Source of the DNA: Macrostomum lignano | Lineage: Eukaryota | Direction of reading: 5' to 3' | Assembly: GCA_002269645.1 (NCBI GenBank) | Contig: NIVC01002934.1 | Location: 62,001 to 126,000 of the forward strand | DNA length: 64,000 nucleotides | In this document: piece by piece, positions 31,101 through 43,897 of the stretch | How positions within the stretch are numbered: position 1 is the stretch's first letter | How the letters are laid out: each line of letters begins with the position of its first letter | Program-made: the position numbers and the translations under genes | Notes under the pieces: generated by a model | The model's database searches: none | What the model was told of the DNA's origin: nothing | What the model saw: the letters and a program-made list of their open reading frames with translations, nothing else

Positions 31101-33203
31101 AATGGCATAAGGCATGGCCAGCCAGGCCAACCTGCCCCCCCCCCCCAATTGAAATTCCTGGCTATGCCACTGGTGGCAGGGCAGCTTTACACTACTCATA
31201 ATCATAGTCATAGTAAAAAACAAAAATCGGCACAATCCACATTTTGATATCTAAATACCTAAACAATGCTTTACTATAATATCTACCTTTTTGGAATTAA
31301 AGACATAGGCCTAGTAAAGTTAGTAAACAAAGTTTCAAAGTGATCCAATATAGTCATATAGAAGATTGCATTATATTTTCTGAGTCTGATACATTAGGCC
31401 CTACACAAATGACACACTACACTGCACAAATTCAAGTACTGACAATGAATAATCCCTTTTTAAAAAATGATATTTTGGTTTTCCCTTACTCAACAAATAA
31501 AAATATTGTAATGTGATTTACGTCATGCCTACGCTTTGTTTCCAACATTCATCATAACCCACGCTGCATAGCTTCTACCATTAAGATTAGGCCTAGATGT
31601 TCAAGTGGTCACGATGGTCACAAATCGACCGCCCGCCACAACTTAAACACGAGCCTGCGCTTTTTTGTACGAAGTTGTCCGGTGTTTACAGATTAGAACG
31701 ATAACTAGGATGTTCCTTATGCTATACTTTTTTATTTAATATTTCAAAATTTTATCCTTGCTTATTTACTTTTGCTTAGAAAAAAATCGAAATGTACTAT
31801 AAGTATAAAAACAACGTAAATCTTTATATTATCTAGCTGTGGCCTGTCATCAGCAAGCCTTAAAGACAGCCCAGCTTATCACTTAGCAGTTGTAGTAGGC
31901 CTAAGTGCTACATTGGCACCTATTCATGAAGGTTAATAATTAAGGTTAATGTTACAATTCTAGAATATAGAAAGCAACTTCATATCGTATTAGCCGTATG
32001 AAAAATCCTGAAATCTGAACAGAAAGTTTTCGAAAATTTAAAACTTTCAAAATACATTTGTTACTTGTATGATTTACATTACAGGCTAAAGACCTGTCGG
32101 CCCGTCTGTCACGCATAGACTCAGTGGACTGTGTATATAATTTCTTGATAAATTTGCTAAACGCTTTTAGAATTATCTAGATAGGCCAAGGACAAGACAT
32201 TAGCACTTAGCAGTGAGCGTAAGCACCAACCCACCAAGTTGGCAAGTTGCAAATCCATTCCTAAGTTCCTAGGCCTTATTGGTACTGGTAGGCCTAGTCC
32301 TATACTGTATAGGCCTATGCCTAGTAGCCTAGGCTCAGTTCTTTTGTCTAAAATTCACTAAAACAGATAAAAGGCCTAGGCCTAGTACTATTAAGATTCA
32401 ATTTAAAAAGCATATTCTATCCAATCAATCAATATATCTAGAGATTAGGTCCCCTGATTCCCTGAAGAAATCAGACAAAGTTAGATAAGTGGCCTATTAA
32501 TTGTGCCTTTTTGTCTTCTTAGGCCCCTAAGGTTGCACCCTTTAAATAACCAATTATTATAAATTATATTGTCTAATACCCTAACAAAGGCCAATAGTAT
32601 AAATAATTATAGGCTGATTAATAATTATCAAATATAGGCCTAAGCTATAGAGGGCCTAGATTAATTGCCCTGTAAAGACAGTAATCTGCAGCTTATAAAT
32701 TAGGGCCTAGGCTTCAATAGGCCTATTAATAATTTTAAAACGAATCTAGTATTGTAATTACTATAATTTATACTTAGTCAAAGCCTATTATTTCTGTAAA
32801 GCCTAAACTGCTAAAGGCTTCTTCATAACTAGGCTTAATTAATACTAATAACAAATTAGGCCTAATATTTCGTTAAAATCAAACAACTAATTAAATCCAA
32901 AATACAAATTTAAAGTCTATTTAGCAGTTTTTAAATAATAAAAAAGGTTAATTTTACTCTATAAATTATAAATTACATACAATTAAATGTCTCTACTTTA
33001 ATAGTTTGATTTATTCTAAGTAAGCAAAGAAGTTGAAAAATAATCTAAGTTCTAAAGGCTTATCACTTAATATTTTAATTAAAGATATTTAAAACAATGG
33101 TTAGATATTGAAAATAATCTTATAAAAAATATTTTTTTTAAAAAGAAATTAGTAAAGTAAATATTTTACTTTAAAAAACATTTAGTCTAAACAATCTATA
33201 AAA

Positions 33204-36200
33204 ATGCATATTGCAAACATTGAAAGCTTTAAAGCTTGGCTCATTACAAGTATTCAGCCAATGTAAGTTTCTTTATTCAATTCAATTTTGATAATTTTCA
33301 GTAAATGTATAGATATAGCTTTGCAAAAACTTCATTTTTCAATTTTAGATGTGATGCTGATCCTTACCCTTTGTCCAAGTATGTCTTGGCTCTGTTAAAA
33401 AAGGACAAGGATGAAAAAGAGCTTAAAAGTATCTGCAATGACCAGTTGGATGTTTTCTTTCAAGAAAGTAAGTTGGATTTTTTGTTTGTAAATAATCAGT
33501 TAATTTATATTGCAACAGAGTTTAAATTTATTCATCCCATTTGCATTGTCCAGACACTCTTGAATTCGTGGAGAAACTCTTTCAAGTGCTCAAAGATGAG
33601 AGCTACTTGAAGGTGTCTGCGCCTGCTCCAACCCCAGCGAGTGTTACTCCAGCCTCCACTGCTTCTCAGTCTGCTCCATCATCTGTCAGTGCAGCAAGCA
33701 GTCAGCAGCAGCAGCAACAGAAGCCCCAGCCGCCGCCTGCAGCAGCGCAGAAGCGCAAAGCCTCCACATCTGGCGATTCCGAAACTGCAGCATCCGCCAG
33801 CAATGACAAGCAGCAGTCGCAGCCGTCGGAGTCAAAAATTTCCCGAGTGTCTGCGGGTGCCAAGCAGCAGCAGCAGCAGCCGCCTCATGCCGCGGCTCAG
33901 CAGACTCCGCCAAAAGATTTGCGAAGCACCATCAATGCTAGGGCAGGAAACTCTTCTGCAGCCTCTTCTACTAGGCAGCAGCATCATCAGAAGCACCAGG
34001 GCTTGCAGCAGTTGACGCAGCACCAGCGGCACCCGGCTCAGGTCCCGATGGTGTCAGCCCAGGGCTATCAGCATCACGGCCAGCCTCCCATGCCGTTCCT
34101 GCCGCCGCCTCTGCCGCCGCCGCCGCAGCATCAGATGATTCAGCCGATGCCGCCAGTGTCCACTGGTCCGGGCTTCTATCCGCAACAGTCCATGCCGATG
34201 ATGCTGCCGCCCCAACCGCCGCTAACGCACCAGCAGCAGCGTCTGCGTTGTCGCGATTTCGACGAGAAAGGTGTCTGCATGCTGGGCGCGGCCTGTCCGT
34301 ACGACCACGGCGCCCATCCGATGACTTTTCCGCCTGGCGATCCCAACTATGGCAAATATTTTCCCGGAATTATGCAGCCGCCGCAGTCTCAGCTGCCGCC
34401 TAATCAGATGATGTCTGGCCAGGGTCTTTCCACTGGTGCTATGATGGTGCGATACTCAAAAAAATCTTTTTTTATCGCCTCAATGGGAGTTTGTTTTCAA
34501 GGGGTGGCAGCTCCCACCTGAAGGATCTGGGGAGACAGGGAGTGGCAGCTCCCACCTGAAGGATCTGAGGAGGGAGGGGGTGGCAGCTCCCACCTGAAGG
34601 ATCTGAGGAGGGAGGGGGTGGCAGCTCCCACCTGAAGGATCTGGGGAGACAGGGAGTGGCAGCTCCCACCTGAAGGATCTGGAGAGAGAGGAAGTGGCAG
34701 CTCCCACCTGAAGGATCTGGGGAGAGGGAGTGGCAGCTCTCACCTGAAGGATCTGGAGAGAGAGGAAGTGGCAGCTCCCACCTGAAGGATCTGAGGGAGG
34801 GAGTGGCAGCTCCCACCTGAAGGATCTGAGGAGGGGGTGGCAGCTCCCACCTGGAGGATCTGTGGAGGGGGTGGCAGCTTTCACCTGAAGGATCTGAGGA
34901 GAGGGGTGGCAGCTCCCACCTGAAGGATCTGAGGAGGGGGTGGCAGCTCCCACCTGAAGGATCTGAGGAGGGAGGGGGTGGCAGCTCCCACCTGAAGGAT
35001 CTGAGGAGGGAGGGGGTGGCAGCTCCCACCTGAAGGATCTGAGGAGGGAGGGGGTGGCAGCTCCCACCTGAAGGATCTGGGAAGACGGAGTGGCAGCTCC
35101 CACCTGAAGGATCTGGGGAGAGAGGGAGTGGCAGCTCACACCTGAAGGATCTGAGGGAGGGAGTGGCAGCTCCCACCTGAAGGATCTGGGGAGAGGGAGT
35201 GGCAGCTCCCACCTGAAGGATCTGAGGAGGGAGGGGGTGGCAGCTCCCACCTGAAGGATCTGAGGAGGGAGGGGGTGGCAGCTCCCACCTGAAGGATCTG
35301 GGAAGACGGAGTGGCAGCTCCCACCTGAAGGATCTGGGGAGAGAGGGAGTGGCAGCTCACACCTGAAGGATCTGAGGGAGGGAGTGGCAGCTCCCACCTG
35401 AAGGATCTGGGGAGAGGGAGTGGCAGCTCCCACCTGAAGGATCTGGAGAGAGAGGAAGTGGCAGCTCCCACCTGAAGGATCTGAGGAGGGAGGGGGTGGC
35501 AGCTCCCACCTGAAGGATCTGAGGAGGGAGGGGGTGGCAGCTCCCACCTGAAGGATCTGGAGAGAGAGGAAGTGGCAGCTCCCACCTGAAGGATCTGAGG
35601 GAGGGAGTGGCAGCTCCCACCTGAAGGATCTGAGGAGGGGGGTGGCAGCTCCCACCTGGAGGATCTGTGGAGGGGGGTGGCAGCTTTCACCTGAAGGATC
35701 TGAGGAGAGGGGTGGCAGCTCCCACCTGAAGGATCTGAGGAGGGGGGTGGCAGCTCCCACCTGAAGGATCTGAGGAGGGAGGGGGTGGCAGCTCCCACCT
35801 GAAGGATCTGAGGAGGGAGGGGGTGGCAGCTCCCACCTGAAGGATCTGAGGAGGGAGGGGGTGGCAGCTCCCACCTGAAGGATCTGGGGGGGGGGAGTGG
35901 CAGCTCCCACCTGAAGGATCTGGGGGGGGGAGTGGCAGCTCCCACCTGAAGGATCTGAGGAGAGGGGTGGCAGCTCCCACCTGAAGGATCTGGAGATAGA
36001 GGAAGTGGCAGCTCCCACCTGAAGGATCTGAGGGAGGGAGTGGCAGCTCCCACCTGAAGGATCTGAGGAGGGGGGTGGCAGCTCCCACCTGGAGGATCTG
36101 TGGAGGGGGGTGGCAGCTTTCACCTGAAGGATCTGAGGAAAGGGGTGGCAGCTCCCACCTGAAGGATCTGAGGAGGGGGGTGGCAGCTCCCACCTGAAGG

Positions 36201-39200
36201 ATCTGAGGAGGGAGGGGGTGGCAGCTCCCACCTGAAGGATCTGAGGAGGGAGGGGGTGGCAGCTCCCACCTGAAGGATCTGAGGAGGGAGGGGGTGGCAG
36301 CTCCCACCTGAAGGATCTGGGAAGACGGAGTGGCAGCTCCCACCTGAAGGATCTGAGGAGGGGGGTGGCAGCTCCCACCTGAAGGATCTGAGGAGGGAGG
36401 GGGTGGCAGCTCCCACCTGAAGGATCTGAGGAGGGAGGGGGTGGCAGCTCCCACCTGAAGGATCTGGGAAGACGGAGTGGCAGCTCCCACCTGAAGGATC
36501 TGGGAAGACGGAGTGGCAGCTCCCACCTGAAGGATCTGGGAAGACGGAGTGGCAGCTCCCACCTGAAGGATCTGGGGAGAGACGGAGTGGCAGCTCCCAC
36601 CTGAAGGATCTGGGGAGAGGGAGTGGCAGCTCCCACCTGAAGGATCTGGGGAGGGAGTGGCAGCTCCCACCTGAAGGATCTGAGGAGGGAGGGGGTGGCA
36701 GCTCCCACCTGAAGGATCTGAGGAGGGAGGGGGTGGCAGCTCCCACCTGAAGGATCTGGGGGGGGAGTGGCAGCTCCCACCTGAAGGATCTGGGGGGGGA
36801 GTGGTAGCTCCCACCTGAAGGATCTGAGGAGAGGGGTGGCAGCTCCCACCTGAAGGATCTGGAGATAGAGGAAGTGGCAGCTCCCACCTGAAGGATCTGG
36901 GAAGACGGAGTGGCAGCTCCCACCTGAAGGATCTGGGAAGACGGAGTGGCAGCTCCCACCTGAAGGATCTGGGGAGAGACGGAGTGGCAGCTCCCACCTG
37001 AAGGATCTGGGGAGAGGGAGTGGCAGCTCCCACCTGAAGGATCTGGGGAGGGAGTGGCAGCTCCCACCTGAAGGATCTGAGGAGGGAGGGGGTGGCAGCT
37101 CCCACCTGAAGGATCTGAGGAGGGAGGGGTGGCAGCTCCCACCTGAAGGATCTGGGGGGGAGTGGCAGCTCCCACCTGAAGGATCTGGGGGGGGAGTGGC
37201 AGCTCCCACCTGAAGGATCTGAGGAGAGGGGTGGCAGCTCCCACCTGAAGGATCTGGAGATAGAGGAAGTGGCAGCTCCCACCTGAAGGATCTGGAGATA
37301 GAGGAAGTGGCAGCTCCCACCTGAAGGATCTGAGGAGGGAGGCGGTGGCAGCTCCCACCTGAAGGGTCTGGGGAGACAGGGAGTGGCAGCTCCCACCTGA
37401 AGGATCTGGAGAGAGAGGAAGTGGCAGCTCCCACCTGAAGGATCTGGAGAGGGGGTGGCAGCTCCCATCTGAAGGATCTGAGGAGGGAGTGGCAGCTCCC
37501 ACCTGAAGGATCTGAGGAGGGAGGGGGTGGCAGCTCCCACCTGAAGGATCTGAGGAGGGAGGGGGTGGCAGCTCCCACCTGAAGAATCTGGGGGGAGTGG
37601 CAGCTCCCACCTGAAGTGGAGTTGTCAAGACGCTTGTCAAGCTGCTAAATTATCAGTCAGTAGGTATATCTAAGTCGCTTTTTATCCTCCTTAATCGCTA
37701 ATCAGGTGACGGCACCAAGCCAGCCAATCAGCGCGCAGCCAACAATGGTTAGCCAGCAGCAGCATCAGCAGGCTCTTCATAACAATCGCCAGCAGCAGCA
37801 GCAACAGACTCAACTTACCCGGTCTCAGCCAGCAGATGAAGCCTCACAAGCTACGTCAACGCAGCCGCAAAGAATTGTCCAGCCGCCGCCGCCGTTGCCG
37901 CAGGCGCCGCAGCAGCCTCAATCAGCTGTAGTTACCGTGGTCGCTAGCGACCCACCATCTACCGGGAATAACAGTAGCAATCGAGCATTCCAACAGCAGC
38001 AGCAGTCAGTTCAATCCTGTACACTGGAGCTGCGCAAGGTGCCAGCATCGTTAAACAATGCAGACTCTCTGTTGGAGCATTTCTGCAAATTTGGCACAGT
38101 AATTGATATTGATGTTGGCGGCTGCGGCACGCCCGACTCTGCTAAGATTACATTCGCTAATGCGGCCGACGCTGTTGCCGCTTATAGAAGCCCCGAGGCG
38201 GTGCTTAATAATAGATTCATCCGGCTGTTCCTACCTGGCGGAGGGCCCAGGCAGTCGGCTAAAGACAGGCTGGGGAATCGGCAGCAGCAGAATAGGTTTG
38301 TTGTTTTTTATGACTCATTTATTGGCTATTGGGCTATTCATGATGGGAGTCCTCAATAACCTTAGCGCGGAGTCTCGCTGGCCGTGTCGTGGGGAGCCTC
38401 ATGTCCACAGCGTCGGAAGCCTCGACGGTGCAGCAGTAGGTGGGGAGCCTTAATAATCATGGAGTGGGCAGCCTCAATGACCCATTTGTAAGGACCGTCA
38501 ATGATCATGGCGTAGGGAGCCTCAATGACCATGGAGTTGGAAGCCTCACTGACCATGTCGTGGGCCTCATGATCGTTATCCTCATGACCATAGTGCCGGG
38601 AGCCTCAATGGTCTTGGCGTGGGGAGCCGAGCGTGGCTTCGTGAGCCTCAATGATCTTGACGTATGGAGCCTCAATGATCTTGGCGTATGGAGCCTCAAT
38701 GGCCTTAGCGTATGGAGCCTCAATGATCTTGGCGTATGGAGCCTCAATGGCCTTAGCATATGGAGCCTCAATAATCTTAGCGTATGAAGCCTCAATGATC
38801 TTGGCGTATGGAGCCTCAATGAGCGTGGCGTCGGGAGCCTCAGTGGCCATGGTGTGGGGAGCCTCAATGACTATGGTGTGAACCCATGTGCATACGAAAT
38901 GTAACCTAAATGTTTGGGTTTTTATCATTTAAAGTAATTTGCATAATTTTGATTTTTGAGGAACCGACTTTACTTTCTCTAACAGGCGCCAATCAAATCC
39001 TCGCCGAACTTCAACTGGTGGCGACGGAAGCGAGTCTGGCGACGCCACGGACGCAGGGTCGGCCGCCGCTGCCGATTCTGCCGGAGCACCGCCGTCAAGA
39101 GCGTCGCTGACGTGGACGCCGCACAGCGCCGAGGCGGCGGCCAAAGCGGCGGAAGCCGCTGCCACTGCGGCTGCCGAAAGAAAGCAGGAGAGCGCCCGGA

Positions 39201-41831
39201 TCCTGCAGGTAACGCTGGGTTGGGGATGGCGATGAAGTGCCAATTGGTCTCTAATCTAGCTTATAAACACTAATTCATCTAACATAGCCATAAGCACCAG
39301 AATTTGGCCGATAAACTAGCCAATAAACTCACTGACAATGGCTAATAAACTAGCCAATAAACTCACTGACAATGGCTAATAAACTAGCCAATAAACTCAC
39401 TGACAATGGCTAATAAACTAGCCAATAAACTCACTGATAATGGCTAATAAACTAGCCAATAAACTCAATGACAATGGCTAATAAACTAGCCAATAAACTC
39501 ACTGACAATGGCTAATAAACTAGCCAATAAACTCACTGATAATGGCTAATAAACTAGCCAATAAACTCACTGACAATGGCTAATAAACTAGCCAATAAAC
39601 TCACTGACAATGGCTAATAAACTAGCCAATAAACTCACTGATAATGGCCAATAAACTAGCCAATAAACTCACTGACAATGGCTAATAAACTAGCCAATAA
39701 ACTCACTGACAATGGCTAATAAACTAGCCAATAAACTCAATGACAATGGCTAATAAACTAGCCAATAAACTCACTGACAATGGCTAATAAACTAGCCAAT
39801 AAACTCACTGACAATGGCTAATAAACTAGCCAATAAACTCAATGACAATGGCTAATAAACTAGCCAATAAACTCACTGACAATGGCTAATAAACTAGCCA
39901 ATAAACTCACTGATAATGGCTAATAAACTAGCCAATAAACTCACTGACAATGGCTAATAAACTAGCCAATAAACTCACTGACAATGGCTAATAAACTAGC
40001 CAATAAACTCAATGACAATGGCTAATAAACTAGCCAATAAACTCACTGACAATGGCTAATAAACTAGCCAATAAACTCACTGATAATGGCTAATAAACTA
40101 GCCAATAAACTCACTGACAATGGCTAATAAACTAGCCAATAAACTCACTGATAATGGCTAATAAACTAGCCAATAAACTCACTGACAATGGCTAATAAAC
40201 TAGCCAATAAACTCACTGACAATGGCTAATAAACTAGCCAATAAACTCACTGATAATGGCTAATAAACTAGCCAATAAACTCACTGACAATGGCTAATAA
40301 ACTAGCCAATAAACTCACTGACAATGGCTAATAAACTAGCCAATAAACTCACTGACAATGGCTAATAAACTAGCCAATAAACTCACTGATAATGGCTAAT
40401 AAACTAGCCAATAAACTCACTGACAATGGCTAATAAACTAGCCAATAAACTCACTGACAATGGCTAATAAACTAGCCAATAAACTCACTGATAATGGCTA
40501 ATAAACTAGCCAATAAACTCACTGACAATGGCTAATAAACTAGCCAATAAACTCACTGACAATGGCTAATAAACTAGCCAATAAACTCACTGACAATGGC
40601 TAATAAACTAGCCAATAAACTCACTGACAATGGCTAATAAACTAGCCAATAAACTCACTGATAATGGCTAATAAACTAGCCAATAAACTCACTGACAATG
40701 GCTAATAAACTAGCCAATAAACTCACTGACAATGGCTAATAAACTAGCCAATAAACTCACTGACAACAGTCCAACAAGCCAACCCAACTCCGCCCGTCTC
40801 CGCAGGCCCAGAAGGTGGCTCTCGAGCGGGCCAAGGCGCATCGCGAGCTGCGGGCCAAGCAGATCCGCATGCTGAAGGACTGCAAGGAGAGCCTGGCGAA
40901 GCTGGGCAACCTGTTCGCCAAGGCCAAGGACTCCGAGTCCAGGCATTCCATAGCGGAGACCATGAAGCCAATCAATGCCCAGATTCGCGATCTTGAAGCC
41001 AGCTTAGGCGTAGTGGCCACCGGCAATGCCAGCCTGCGCGACTTGCAAAAGGAGCTGCTCGACTTGGAGCTGGAAATCTTCCAGAAGGAGGGCCTGGAAA
41101 CCGTGACCGAACAGAAGAAACGGCTAGCCGAGGTGCGCAAACTGCTGTCTGCCCGTCTGCCGCAGAAACCAATGCTACCTGTGGCTTCGGCATCGTCGGC
41201 CTCTTCAACAGCCGGCCCGTCTGGCGGTACTGGCGGCGGCTCAACGGCTGGAGGCGGCGGTGGCGGCGGCGGCTTGCCGAACTTCGCGCAGACCCGGCTG
41301 GACAAGCGGTCGAAGAGTTTGCGAATTCAGGGCCAACCGGCTGATAAGGTTTGCTATTTTTTTCTTCAGTATGCGCTGTATATACTACTAGTTAGTGTGT
41401 TGGTGAGTAGAGAATCCGGAAATGTGAAGCTAAATTTATGAATATAAAATTAGAGGTTAAAATTTCAAGCCTTTAGTGAAATTTCTAGTTTATAATGAAG
41501 TTTTGAGCTTACTGTGAAATTTTGAGCCCATCGTGAAAGTTCGCGCTTATCGAACTCCGGAAACCCCCCCCCCCTCCAGGCGGAAGATCTGCTCCGCACC
41601 CTGGCCTCGCAGTCTGGCGCCAAAGCTCAGCTTCATCATCAGCTACCCGGCGCCGGCGGTGGCAGCGAACTGCTGGTAGACTTCGCCACCAGAGCCGAAG
41701 CTGAGGCGGCCCTGGCCAAGCTGAAATCCTTGGCTGAGGAGCGCGGCGACGGCCTGAAAGCAGAGTGGAGCCAGAAGACCGCAGCAGCTGCGGCTGCAGA
41801 AGCTGCCCCGTCTGCTGCTGCCGCTGAATAA
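33204..41831 (+). CDS. RBM26: RBM26/RBM27 homolog, ~892 aa. Exons 33204-33262, 33349-33467, 33554-34446, 37706-38295, 38986-39208, 40806-41348, 41580-41831
   Basis: PWI-like N-terminus (ESFKAWL...QPICDADP..LSKYVLALLKKDK..KELK..C.DQLDVF); CCCH finger (RCRDFDEKGVCMLGAACPYDHG); RRM (TLELRKVP..LN....L.EHFCKFGTV...LNNRFI); coiled coil; degenerate second RRM. All phases are compatible. RBM26 and RBM27 cannot be distinguished. Confidence 0.93.
34500..37617. repeat. Minisatellite with a constant 26-bp core (GTGGCAGCTCCCACCTGAAGGATCTG) and variable purine linkers, in RBM26 intron 3
   Basis: Roughly 80 units over 3.1 kb. Confidence 0.97.
38390..38870. repeat. Degenerate 24-bp repeat (GGAGCCTCAATGATCTTGGCGTAT)n in RBM26 intron 4
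   Basis: The GAGCCTCAATG core recurs with 24-bp spacing. Confidence 0.9.
39306..40766. repeat. 34-bp minisatellite (AATGGCTAATAAACTAGCCAATAAACTCACTGAC)n in RBM26 intron 5
   Basis: About 43 near-identical units. Confidence 0.98.
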
Positions 41832-42846
41832 CTGCCTCTTTAACTGCAGTTTGACTGACAAGACTGTAGCTGAAACCAACCCTTTGTTTGTTTGCCTTTG
41901 TTAACTTTTCTCTTATCAGTTTCATGCTTTTTTGTTCCTAATTTTCAATTTACAATACCGTTGTGTCCATCTATCCAGCCTCCCTTCCCCATCGCACATC
42001 CCGGTTCATTGCTTGGAATAATAATCGGTATTTGGTCATCTCTGTTTGTGTTTTTAAAATTATATTTAGTAAAATTCATGCTAGTATCGCTACAGACTAC
42101 TCACTAAGCTACCGATATTTAGTAGTAGAAGAATGAAGGATATGAAACAACCGACTGAACTGTCTATTATAAGCTTCTACTTAAACTGTTTAGTTATTAA
42201 TGCACTAATTTCAATATGTTTGATTTATTACGTTATGTATTACTGTCTCTGTCTGTCTACCTGTTCGCTCGGTTAATAATAATGAATTAATAATCCGACT
42301 TTAGAAAACAACTCTCACAGTTCATGTTGGGCCTTAACAGTTTCTAACAAAATTCTCTGCTATAAAACACTCTTGTGTTGTTTTTTCGGGTGTCACCTCG
42401 GCGCTGTCAGGTGACGTACATATCTGAATATAGATTAACTAGATTCTATCCGATACCACCTCTGCCTTTGCAACAGGGGGCGTGTAAGGTCAGCGTTTGC
42501 GCGAATTGCACTTTTAAGTCTGCCTCTGCAGGCCCTGGCGTGTTAGTGTATTGTACGCTGGTAGAGATATGATAAGCACCTGCCCGCTTGCATGGTACCA
42601 CTCACTGGCTACGTAAATCTTCGCTATCTTCGCAGGCACCGGCTGGTGATTCAGGATGGTCCGACTGATTGATTGCTTGGCGCCATTTTCTTCTGTATAA
42701 TGTTTTTCATTCAGTTGCTTTTATCAGGAGTGACTGCGGGTAACTGTGCGGTCTGGTGTGTGGTACTGCACAAATCTGCATGTAGAATATTCTGCTATTA
42801 ACAAGCTTGATATTCAAAACTCCAGATGGCTTCACCTGTATTGTAA

Positions 42847-43228
42847 CCCTCTGAGAGTGGTCTGCACTCTACTTGCACATATACAACTCTCTAGTGTTCT
42901 GCACTTTACTCACACGTACATGTACAACTCTCTGAGAGTGGTCTGCACTCTACTCATAAATGTACATGTACAACCCTCTGAGAGTGGTCTGCACTCTACT
43001 CATAAATGTACATGTACAACCCTCTGAGAGTGGTCTGCACTCTACTCATAAATGTACATGTAAAACCCTCTGAGAGTGGTCTGCACTCTACTCATAAATG
43101 TACATGTAAAACCCTCTGAGAGTGGTCTGCACTCTACTCATAAATGTACATGTAAAACCCTCTGAGAGTGGTCTGCACTCTACTCATAAATGTACATGTA
43201 CAATCCCCTGAGAGTGGTCTGCACTCCA
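42847..43228. repeat. 46-bp minisatellite (CCCTCTGAGAGTGGTCTGCACTCTACTCATAAATGTACATGTACAA)n downstream of the RBM26 stop
   Basis: About 8 units. Confidence 0.95.
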
Positions 43229-43897
43229 CAATATCAAGGCCATTACCAGCACTGCATTACAAATAATAAATATAAGCTGGGTCAGCAAAATGCAAATTTT
43301 TGGAGTATAAATAATATTACCTCTATACTCCGGTGCTCACAGCAACATTTAATAATAAATGTAACAGAAATGTATATTAAAATTTTACACTAAATGACAA
43401 ATAGCAATCTCAAACACAAAAGTTGAGTCAGAGTAGGCAAAGCTATAGAAACAGCGCCTGTGTGTGTATATAGCATTAATATAGTATAATATTGAAAAGT
43501 ACAAAATGTACTTTAACACAATAGTAAAAGTGCATATTGCGCAGATGCGGCCAGGCGTAACTCGATGTCTTGAGGCAATTATATTAAACATAATTAAACC
43601 TCAGCAAACACAGAAACAGCCAATTAATATTAATCATATCGATACTGGTCATACACATTAAAAAATCTTTCTAACAAATAAAATGTCAGACCTCGTAACT
43701 ATTGAGTAAGTCCTGCTCATAGTTAAACGGACCCGCGTATAGCATTAACTATTTCAGGGTTAAATAAAATTACAAAAAATGCAAATCCTACAGCAGATTT
43801 ACTAAGCCGAATTTTCTCCGGTGAAAATCTATTGAAATTGAGGCTTCCTAACATTTGATTTGTGCTTCATTCTTTTCCCCCTTCAGGACTCGGGGTC

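Noticed and set aside
33541-34446. Poly-Q and poly-P tracts as an unusual feature
   Set aside because: These are low-complexity linkers inside RBM26 exon 3, common in this protein family.
34500-37617. CRISPR-like repeat-spacer appearance
   Set aside because: Linkers are only 8-13 nt, low-complexity and re-used; there are no cas genes; the context is a eukaryotic intron.
34472-37640. Very long ORFs (up to 1032 aa) and similar repetitive ORFs across the window
   Set aside because: They are translations of intronic tandem repeats that lack stops in some frames, and they lie antisense to or inside introns of well-supported genes.
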